Made by a program: the position numbers and the translations under genes. From NCBI GenBank assembly GCA_963717855.1, contig CAVQXF010000009.1:371426-435425 (forward strand): 64,000 nt of DNA, read 5' to 3'. Source of the stretch: an uncultured Actinomycetota bacterium (lineage in GTDB: Bacteria; Actinomycetota; Actinomycetes; Propionibacteriales; Nocardioidaceae). Each line of letters starts with the position of its first letter. Position 1 is the first letter of the stretch. The notes under the pieces were generated by a model. The model was not told where the DNA came from. It did no database searches and saw only the letters and a list, made by a program, of their open reading frames with translations. Positions 45,900 to 53,960 of the stretch are shown piece after piece.

Positions 45900-47202
45900 T
45901 CAGTCCAGCGCGATCTCGGCGTTGTCCGTGCCGAACACGTGGTAGCTGGGCGTGACACCGGCAGCGATCAGCAGCGCCTCACCGGCCGGGGTGCGCACGA
46001 ACGGCTCGGGACCGTCCGGGTTGTAGAACAGCGCCTGCACCCAGTTCAGGGTGCTGCCCGGCTGCCACGGCGTGGTGCTCGTCAGGTCGCTCTCGCGCAC
46101 GATCGCGTTGTAGGCGAAGTTGCCGCCGTACGGCGCCGTGCTCTGCGCGACGTCGGTGTTGCTGTCACCGTCGAGGAGCTTGACACCCGCAGCGCTGGCC
46201 GGCGTGCGGTGGTTGGTCTCGGTGTTGTAGTTGTTGGTCTTCAGGCCGTCCGAGGTCGTCGTGTAGTAGCCGGTGTTCAGCGTCCGGTAGCGACCGCGCG
46301 GGAACGGCACGATGGCGTTCTTCTTCAGCGCGTCGGTGGCGAGGCCGGTGATCGCCGTCGGGTCGTTCTGCTGCACCCCGATGCTGTTGGGGTTCGCGCG
46401 CAGGTAGGCCGCATCGACGGTGACGCTGGGGTTCTGCTTCTTGACGTTGGCGAGGAAGGTGTTCCACATGCCGGCGTCGGTCGGAAGCAGCAGCGGGATG
46501 ATCGTGTCGTCCGGGGCCGGTCCGGTGTAGCCCGGGAGGTCGCCCCACTTCTTGTAGTCGCCGTGGTAGATCTTCAGGATCTGCTCGGCGGTGATCGTGG
46601 CCGGCGCGTTCGTGTCGGTCGCGGTGGCGATCAGCTGGCGGTCGGTCGCGATCTGCACGCGGTAGAGGTTCGTGCCGAGCTTGGACTTCGCCAGCGTCTG
46701 GTTGTCCGCGTTCAGCGGGTCGGGGCTGCGGCCGACGTCGATCCAGCCCTGGTCGTCGTTGATGATGGCGTCGCGGCCACCCCCGCCGCCGCCGGAGGGG
46801 CGAACGACGAGGTCCTGGCCTGCGCGCAGCGAGATGGTCGGGTTGAGCAGCTTGATGTCGGTCTGCTTGACGTACTTCGTGCCGCTCTCACCGACCGTGC
46901 CGTTGCCGGTGACGGTCGGGAGCAGGCGCGGGTCGGTGAAGGCGCTCCGACCCTGCGCGTCGCCGGAGGAGTCGAAGTTCACGAACCGCCAGCGGTTGCC
47001 GGCCGTGTTGTAGCCCGGGCAGCTGGTGGTAGCCGTCGGCCAGGAAGTTGAAGGAGTTCTGGATGATGTCCGACCCGGTCGAGACGACATCGTTCGGCTG
47101 GGGCGAGAAGTCGGCCTCGGCGGGGTTCAGCGACAGGGCGAGCGCGCTGGCGGTCGTGAGCGCGACGAACGCCGCACCCGCGGTCTTGCGACGGTCAAGC
47201 AT
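45900..47202 (-). CDS. secreted PstS-like (PBP type 2 fold) protein with degenerate ligand site (one frameshift near 47015)
   Basis: Signal peptide ending AEA; TGSDIIQ, VRPSGGGGG, IDVGRSP, ITAEQILKIYHGDYKKWGDL, TIIPLLLPTDAGMW follow the order of PstS-type motifs. Confidence 0.65.
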
Positions 47203-47327
47203 GAAGATGCCTTTCTTTAGTAACTCACCCGAGATAATGATTAAGAGGAACCTAGGGGTCTCACCGCCCCGCCGCAGCGGATTCCGGAAAGTGAGACTGT
47301 GCGCCGGCCGACTGATGCCTCCCCCTC

Positions 47328-48242
47328 TCAGATCAGGCCCGGCAGCAGCCGGGATCCGATGGAGGAGACCAGCCACAGCGAGGCCAGTACGACGGGTCCG
47401 CCGGCGATCCAGGCGGCCGACCGCGACCAGCGCAGCCACGCCCAGACGAAGCCGACGAGCGCCAGCACCAGCAGCTGCAGCGCCAGCGCGAGCAACGCCA
47501 GCGTCGTGGTGTCCGCACCTCCGGACATCAGCGGGACGCCCACGTCCTTGGTCGCGACCGGCCCGGCCGCGACCGCCCCGTCGGTGAGTGTGGCGTCGAC
47601 GTACACCGTCTCAGAGGCCTGGAGGCCACCGAGCCCGCCGCCGCGGGCTGCGGTCTGGAGCGTGAGCCGAGAGCCGTCGGCAGGAGGCGCGGCCGGGATC
47701 GGGTCGCCCTTCGTCCGCACGCTGACCACCTCGTAGACGAACGCACCCTGGCCCGTCGTCACGGTGATCGGCGCACCGAACGGGAGGTCTGCGATCTCGT
47801 CGAACGGGGCCCCGAAGCTCAGGGAGCGCCCGGCGATCACGCTGACGCCGCGCTGGCCCGGCAGCACGCTGCCGAGCACGTGCCCCGGACCGTCCTGGAG
47901 CTGGACCGGTCGGCTGCCCTCGACGACCACGAGGTCGTCGACCCCGGCGCCGGGGATCGACAGCAGCGCGACCGGGCTGCCGGCGGCGATCGGAGCACCG
48001 GTGGGCGCCGTGCCACCGGCGAGCTCGGTGCGGAGCTCCTGGTAGAGCTCGCCCTGGGCGTGGCCCTGCTCCAGCCCGCTGAGCACGAACAGGTAGAGCA
48101 GGAACCAGGTGATCAGCAGCGAGACGCCCATCAGGATCTGCGATGACCCGATCCGGACCGGTTCCCGGTCACCGCTTCCTGGTGGCGGAGAGGCGTCGAC
48201 CGGCCCCTCGTGCAGGACCGTGGGCGCGAGGACGGAGCTCAC
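47328..48242 (-). CDS. sortase-fold (class E-like) protein lacking catalytic residues
   Basis: N-terminal TM; VALLSIP, VVVEG, LQDGPGHVLGSVLPGQRGVSVIAGR, ITVTTGQGAFVYEV, RLTLQTA; two extra C-terminal TMs; GTGA overlap with the upstream gene. Confidence 0.85.
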   Translation of the reverse strand: MSSVLAPTVLHEGPVDASPPPGSGDREPVRIGSSQILMGVSLLITWFLLYLFVLSGLEQGHAQGELYQELRTELAGGTAPTGAPIAAGSPVALLSIPGAGVDDLVVVEGSRPVQLQDGPGHVLGSVLPGQRGVSVIAGRSLSFGAPFDEIADLPFGAPITVTTGQGAFVYEVVSVRTKGDPIPAAPPADGSRLTLQTAARGGGLGGLQASETVYVDATLTDGAVAAGPVATKDVGVPLMSGGADTTTLALLALALQLLVLALVGFVWAWLRWSRSAAWIAGGPVVLASLWLVSSIGSRLLPGLI

Positions 48243-51091
48243 GTCCTCCTCCGACCACGGGAGAGCCTGCGCGCCTTCGGCCCCGTACCGGCGACGGCCG
48301 CCGCGATCGGGTCGTACCACCGCATCAGGACCCCGGCGATCGCGCAGGCCAGGGCGAACATCAGCAGACCGGGCACGCCGACCCGCCCGAACATCGACTC
48401 CTGCCCGGCGGTGAGCACGGTCTGAGCCTCCGTGACCGGCGGCGTCGACGGAACCTTCGGTGCGGCGGCTGCGGACGGGGCCGCGGCCGTAGGCACCGTG
48501 ACCGCGGGGACCACCGGTGCGTTGCCGGGCGTCGACCCGGCCGGGGTGGACCCTGTCGGGCTCGACGGGGTCGACGAGGTCGGCTGCGACGAGGAGGTCG
48601 AGGGCGACGGCTTCGGCGTGCTGAAGTCACAGACGTCGTCGCGCGCCGGAGGCGTCATGTCCAGCGCAGGCACGTCACCGGCCTGCTTGCGCACGGCGGC
48701 CGCGGCCGTGAGCAGGTAGTCCCGCTCGGCCCCCAGGCCGTTCGAAGCGGTGATCGGCAGATAGCCGGGCGGCAGCTGTCCGTTTGCCTTGCCCGGGACC
48801 TGCCCCTGATCGTCGGCGTAGCAGAGCAGCTTGGCGAGCCGCGTGGAGCTCCGCTCGTCCAGGCCGCTGGTCGGCACGACCGCGTACACAGGGAGTGCGC
48901 CGGGGTAGGCACTTCTCCCCGACGGGGTCGCCAGGGCGGCGTAGTCGAGGCTCCAGGTGCCGGCGGACTTGTCGGCCTTCAGCAGCCCGGCCGCTGCCTG
49001 CAGGCCGGCGTCGTCAGGTGCGACGAACGTGCGACCTGCGGTCGTGGAGGTCTGCCCCGTCTCCGGCGCCGCCGTCGTCTGCAGTGCCGCGGTCCGCAGG
49101 TTGTAGCGGCGCGCGGCGGAGAGCGAGACGACGCCGAGGACGAACCGGTAGCCCACGCTCTGACGCCCCTGCTGCTTGAGCGGGAGAGTGGTGGGGTCGT
49201 AGCCGTCGTACCGGCACACGGTGGCGACGGCCGAGTTGGAGAACTGCATGTTGAGCACGACCGAGCTCAGGTTGTTGGGCGGGTTGGCGATGAGCTGCAT
49301 GAACGGCGTCGGGCTGCGGTCGTAGCAGGAGTTCTGGTCCCGGTACCACTGCGGGGCCACGTAGGTGTCGCGCAGCGGCCAGTTGTCGACCGGCAGCTCG
49401 AGACGCTCGTATGACGCGTTGACCTTCATGCCCCACGGGTCGGGCGTGCCGTTGAGCCAGGTCCGGGCTTCGGGGTCGTTGGCGATCCAGGAGGTCAGCG
49501 CCCAGAGCAGGTCGGAGGTGGACGAGAAGACCTGGAGGGCGGCGGCCGCCTCGAGGTTCGAGGTCACCGGAAGGCCCGGGTTGAGTGCCTGGAACTCGGG
49601 GTCCAGTGTGATGTTCATCGGGTTGCCGCCGATGCTGGGGTGGCTGTCTCGCACGACGGGTGCCGCCGGGTAGGACGAGGTGAGCAGCTTGGCCACCAGC
49701 CGTGCGTTGAGGTTCAGGCTCTCGCGCCGCTGCTTGTTGGTGTCGTCGATCGCGAAGGCGATCGCGAAGCCGCCGAAGGCGATCGGCGCCTGCACGACCG
49801 GTCTGGCATACCCACCGGCGACCGGCGCCGAGCTGAAGGCGGCCTTGATCTGCCCGGAGTTGACCAGGATCCGCGCCAACGCGTCGGACTGCTGCACGTG
49901 GGTGAAGGTGAAGAGGCTCTTGGTGGTGCAGAACGTGGGACGCCACGACGCGGTGAGCTCGTTGAGCACCACCGATCCCATCACCTCGAGCGGCGCCTCC
50001 TTGCTGACCGCGTCGCAGACCGCACCCGTGGCTGCGAAGGTCAGCGGGACGGCGATCCGGTTGCGCCAGTTCGACGCCGACCACCACAGGTTGCCGCGCA
50101 CCGCCTGGTCGCTGGTCTGGCTCGACTTGGCCTCCCCGGGCAGGTAGGCGCCGGTGCGCCGGCAGGTGGCGTCAGCCGTGGTCTTCTGCGCCGCGGTCAG
50201 CGGCACTCCGGCCTTCGTGGTCTGCTCGGCGCCCGCAGGCAGCTTGGTGCCCCAGGCGTCGCAGCTGACCCCGACGATCGGCACGGCGACGAGCGAGCAG
50301 GCGACCTCGACGGAGCAGCCGAGGGACGCATTCTCCGCTGCGGTCCAGACGGCGAAGTCGGTCTCACCCTTGCCGTCCGTGCCGGTGATGCCGTACGTCG
50401 TGTTGCTCGGCAGGCCACCGGCCTCCGCGTTGTCGGACTCCGGCGCTGTGGGGGTGCACCCCGCATCGGGGTTGGGCCCCCCGTAGTAGGTCTGGCCCCC
50501 GGCTGCCCGGAAGGGCAGCCAGCGTGCGGTGAGCGGCGCGGCCAGGCCCTCGCACTCCTCCGGGAGCGGGTCCGGGGCTCCGACCACCGCGCCACGGTCC
50601 TCAGCGGACGCGTAGGCGTCGGCGCGCCAGGCCGGGGTGTGGGAGGCCGCGGCCAGGTAGCGCTCGGGGGACGTCTGGGTCCAGCACGTCTCAGGTGAGA
50701 CCTTGACCTGGCCCTTCGGGGCCGCGCCGGCGGTGTCGACCCCCCGGCACTGCAGCAGGACGAACGGGTACTCCTCGTTGCGGCCGTCGGAGGTGTTCGG
50801 GTCGGCCACGACACCGCCTGTGGGGACGGCGCCCTGCCAGGAGACATGGACCTCCTGGCGTCCGCGGAGGTCCACGGTCTGGGAGACGGTGAGCTTGACC
50901 TGGTTGGTGCTGGCCAGCGTCTCGTTGCCGTTCTCGTCGACGAACGTCCGGGTGGCCTTCACGGACTTGGTCACCGAGCCGTCGGTGACCTGCGCCGACG
51001 TCGGGGACGCCGGCAGCAGCACCGCCACCCCTGCGAAGAGGAACGCAGCAGCGAACAGCACGTGGGCGAACTGCTTGCGGCGGCCGCTCAT
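48239..51091 (-). CDS. 950-aa exported, C-terminally anchored protein with Cys-rich N-terminal domain and degenerate PstS-like C-terminal domain
   Basis: Signal peptide; PstS-like APIAFGGFAIAF, LNLNARLVAKLLT, DPEFQALNP, AYPGALPVYAVVP, GQ..GYLPI; P/S/T linker, TM and basic tail. Confidence 0.75.
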   Translation of the reverse strand: MSGRRKQFAHVLFAAAFLFAGVAVLLPASPTSAQVTDGSVTKSVKATRTFVDENGNETLASTNQVKLTVSQTVDLRGRQEVHVSWQGAVPTGGVVADPNTSDGRNEEYPFVLLQCRGVDTAGAAPKGQVKVSPETCWTQTSPERYLAAASHTPAWRADAYASAEDRGAVVGAPDPLPEECEGLAAPLTARWLPFRAAGGQTYYGGPNPDAGCTPTAPESDNAEAGGLPSNTTYGITGTDGKGETDFAVWTAAENASLGCSVEVACSLVAVPIVGVSCDAWGTKLPAGAEQTTKAGVPLTAAQKTTADATCRRTGAYLPGEAKSSQTSDQAVRGNLWWSASNWRNRIAVPLTFAATGAVCDAVSKEAPLEVMGSVVLNELTASWRPTFCTTKSLFTFTHVQQSDALARILVNSGQIKAAFSSAPVAGGYARPVVQAPIAFGGFAIAFAIDDTNKQRRESLNLNARLVAKLLTSSYPAAPVVRDSHPSIGGNPMNITLDPEFQALNPGLPVTSNLEAAAALQVFSSTSDLLWALTSWIANDPEARTWLNGTPDPWGMKVNASYERLELPVDNWPLRDTYVAPQWYRDQNSCYDRSPTPFMQLIANPPNNLSSVVLNMQFSNSAVATVCRYDGYDPTTLPLKQQGRQSVGYRFVLGVVSLSAARRYNLRTAALQTTAAPETGQTSTTAGRTFVAPDDAGLQAAAGLLKADKSAGTWSLDYAALATPSGRSAYPGALPVYAVVPTSGLDERSSTRLAKLLCYADDQGQVPGKANGQLPPGYLPITASNGLGAERDYLLTAAAAVRKQAGDVPALDMTPPARDDVCDFSTPKPSPSTSSSQPTSSTPSSPTGSTPAGSTPGNAPVVPAVTVPTAAAPSAAAAPKVPSTPPVTEAQTVLTAGQESMFGRVGVPGLLMFALACAIAGVLMRWYDPIAAAVAGTGPKARRLSRGRRRT

Positions 51092-52827
51092 CGGCCACCC
51101 CGACGCCGCGCGACGGTCTGACTGACGATCGTCGGCACCACGAGCGTGGCGACGAACAGGCCGACAACGAGAGCCGTCAGCGCTCCCGGCGGGCCGGACG
51201 AGCCGTCGGAGTTCAGGGTCGTCGCGACCACCGGAGCGGCGTCGCCGCCGTCGGTCGTCGTCGTGCCGAGACCGAGGTCGTCGACCGCGGCCGGGTCGCC
51301 ACCCCCCGGCGCTGCGTCCGGCACGCCGTCACCATCGGTGTCGGTGGCGCCGGCGCCCGCTGCGGCCGTCGTGCCCGTGCCCGTGCCCGCGCCAGCGCCG
51401 GCACCCTTGCCCGAGGTACCGTCCCCGCCGGTGTCGCCGCTCGACGTGCCGCCCTGGGAGCTGCCGGCGTCCTGCGGGACCTTGCCGTCGTCGTCCGGGT
51501 TCGCGTTGAAGACGCCGACCCCGTCGGCACACGGGCCCTTGCCCGGGCGGTCGCAGTCGGCCGGGAAGGGCGCGATCTTGGCCAGGTAGTTCTCCCCCGG
51601 CTTGCCGGGGATGAAGGTCGGGTTGTGGCAGTTCTTGACGTCCTTGATGATCGAGGCGTCGAAGTCGACCTTGCTGTCGGCGAGCTTGAGCTTGTTGATC
51701 TGGGTGAAGCCCGCCTGCACCAGATTGACCGGCAGCGGCGAGTAGCCGATCGGTCCGACCTCGGACTGGCCCTCGCAGATCGACTGCTTGAGGAAGTCCA
51801 CGATCGTCTGCCGCTTGGCGGTCGTCATCCGGGAGTCGTTCGCGGCGGTCGGGATGATCGCGTACACGTACGACGACAGCGGGTAGGTGCGCTTGTCCGG
51901 GTTGACGTAGACGTTGTCGAGCTTCTGGGTCAGGTAGTTGGGGTCCTTGGGATCGTTGTTGATCTGGGCCTGGGTGAGTGCGACCGCGACGTTGTACTGC
52001 GTCGGCAGGGTGTAGTAGCCGGCCCGGTTGAGGACCTTGAGCACCGGGAAGTTCGACATCAGCGGGTAGGAGTACTCCTCCATCGCGATCGCGCCGTTGG
52101 ACCCGGCACTCTTGACGTAGTTCATGACCCCGTCGGAGCCCGACTGCGCCTTCTGCGGACCGCGGGTCTCGCCACAGTTGAGGGGGAAGTAGTCGGACGG
52201 CGCGGCCTTGCCGCCGTTGCAGTCGCGCCACAGGCTCGGGTACTGGCTGACCAGCCAGGTCGTGAACTGGTTGGTGATGCCGGCACCGTCCGCGCGCACG
52301 ACCGGGATGATCGGGATCGAGGGCAACGCCTTGTTGTTGTTGTCCTTGGTGATCGCCGGGTCGTTCCAGTTGGTGATCTTGTTGGTGAAGATCTTCGCGA
52401 TCGTCTCGCCCGACAGCCGGATGTTGCGCACCATCTTGCCGCCGACCTCGACGTGGTAGGGGAAGGACGTGCCGCCGGAGACGATGGGCAGGTAGGCGAA
52501 CGAGCGGCCCAGCGGCGAGTCCGTCGCCCCGGTCGTCGGGTCCTTGCCGCGGTACGGCGAGTCCGTGACGCCGAAGTCGGTCGACTTGTTGGCATAGTCC
52601 TTGCGGCCCTGCGCGGCACCGTTGGCGGTGTAGACGACCCGCATGCCCTTGGCGTCGACGTCGGCGACCCACTGGTTGACCGCGTTGGCCGCCCAGGACG
52701 AGCCCGATCCCTGGATCAGGGCGTACGACGGGGCCGCGCTCGCGGCGCCCGGCCCGGCGAGGACCGCGAAGTGCAGCGCGAGGAGCATCGCGACGACCCG
52801 GAGCACCCGGGTCCTGGTGGCGGTCAT
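51088..52827 (-). CDS. pstS: PstS-family binding protein, non-lipoprotein, with C-terminal TM anchor
   Basis: ATG at 52827 overlaps the pstA stop; GSGSSW, DFGVTD, ITNWNDPAI, PVVRADGAGIT, YPLSSYVY, GYSPLP; G/T/A linker, TM and RRRGGR tail. Confidence 0.85.
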   Translation of the reverse strand: MTATRTRVLRVVAMLLALHFAVLAGPGAASAAPSYALIQGSGSSWAANAVNQWVADVDAKGMRVVYTANGAAQGRKDYANKSTDFGVTDSPYRGKDPTTGATDSPLGRSFAYLPIVSGGTSFPYHVEVGGKMVRNIRLSGETIAKIFTNKITNWNDPAITKDNNNKALPSIPIIPVVRADGAGITNQFTTWLVSQYPSLWRDCNGGKAAPSDYFPLNCGETRGPQKAQSGSDGVMNYVKSAGSNGAIAMEEYSYPLMSNFPVLKVLNRAGYYTLPTQYNVAVALTQAQINNDPKDPNYLTQKLDNVYVNPDKRTYPLSSYVYAIIPTAANDSRMTTAKRQTIVDFLKQSICEGQSEVGPIGYSPLPVNLVQAGFTQINKLKLADSKVDFDASIIKDVKNCHNPTFIPGKPGENYLAKIAPFPADCDRPGKGPCADGVGVFNANPDDDGKVPQDAGSSQGGTSSGDTGGDGTSGKGAGAGAGTGTGTTAAAGAGATDTDGDGVPDAAPGGGDPAAVDDLGLGTTTTDGGDAAPVVATTLNSDGSSGPPGALTALVVGLFVATLVVPTIVSQTVARRRGGR

Positions 52828-53960
52828 CGAGACTTCCTTCCGCCGGCGACCAGCCGGGCGATCAAGAACAGGGTCAGCACGAGGACGAGCAGCACCGCGG
52901 CGGCGGCGTACGCCCGCTCCTCCATCTGGGGGCTGCCCGACTGGATCGAGGCATAGATGAAGAGCGGCAGCGAGTTCATCGGATCCTGGGTGGGGTTGGT
53001 GTTGAGGAAGGTCGAGGCACCCGAGGTGAGCAGGACCGGTGCGGTCTCGCCGACGGCGCGGGCGATGCCGAGGATGAGTGCGGTCGCCAGGCCGGGCCGG
53101 GCGGTCGGCAGGACCACCTTCCAGACCGTCTGCCACTTGCCGGCACCCATCGCGTAGGACGCCTCGCGCAGGCCGCCGGGCACGACGCCGAGTACGACGT
53201 AGCTCGCCCGCGCCATGATCGGCAGCGCCATCACGGCCAGCGCCAGCGCGGCCGCCAGACCGCTGGCCGGCATGCCGAACCGGACGATGAAGACCGAGTA
53301 GATGAAGAGCCCGGCCACGATCGAGGGAAGCGCCGTCATGGCCTCGACGACGGTGCGCACCAGCCGGGCACCGCGACCACCGACCTCCGACATGTAGACC
53401 GCGGCCGCCACCCCGAGCGGCATCGCGATCGCGACGGCGATCGCAACCTCGATCAGGGTGCCGACGATGGCGTGCAGGATGCCGCCCTTGGTGAACGGGT
53501 CGCTGGCCCGGACGCCGGACATGTCGTCGGTGAAGAAGTTGAGGTGGACCAGCGCGGGCAGGCCCTTGACCAGGGTCATCAGCACGACGGCGGCCAGCGC
53601 CGTCGCCACCAGGATGGGCGCGGCGATCACGACCGTCGAGACGATCCGGTCGATCACCACCTGCCCGGGCTGGGTCAGCGTCGTGAGGCCGGCGTAGAAC
53701 GCGATGAAGACGAGGTACCACGCCACGACGAAGCCGATCGACCCGTCGAAGGGCAGGATCTGCGTGTACAGCAGCCAGGTGGTCGCGAGCGAGCCGGCCG
53801 CGGCACCGACCAGCGCGAGCACGTCCTCGCGGGTGCGCGCACTGGTCCGGCGCAGGACCTCGGGCGGCGGCGCGTCGACCGGCGCATCCGGGGCCGGGCC
53901 CGCGTCGACCGGTCCGTCGTCGTCCGGCAGGTCGACCGGGCGCTCGAGCGTCTGCGTCAC
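52824..53960 (-). CDS. pstA: phosphate ABC transporter permease PstA
   Basis: GGILHAIVGT, LPSIVAGLF, LREASYAMGA, ARAVGETAP; GTG start overlaps the pstC stop. Confidence 0.92.
   Translation of the reverse strand: MTQTLERPVDLPDDDGPVDAGPAPDAPVDAPPPEVLRRTSARTREDVLALVGAAAGSLATTWLLYTQILPFDGSIGFVVAWYLVFIAFYAGLTTLTQPGQVVIDRIVSTVVIAAPILVATALAAVVLMTLVKGLPALVHLNFFTDDMSGVRASDPFTKGGILHAIVGTLIEVAIAVAIAMPLGVAAAVYMSEVGGRGARLVRTVVEAMTALPSIVAGLFIYSVFIVRFGMPASGLAAALALAVMALPIMARASYVVLGVVPGGLREASYAMGAGKWQTVWKVVLPTARPGLATALILGIARAVGETAPVLLTSGASTFLNTNPTQDPMNSLPLFIYASIQSGSPQMEERAYAAAAVLLVLVLTLFLIARLVAGGRKSR

Noticed and set aside
48239-52827. LPxTG/LAxTG sortase substrates forming a classical pilus
   Set aside because: No such motif precedes the C-terminal TM helices, and the sortase lacks its catalytic Cys/His.
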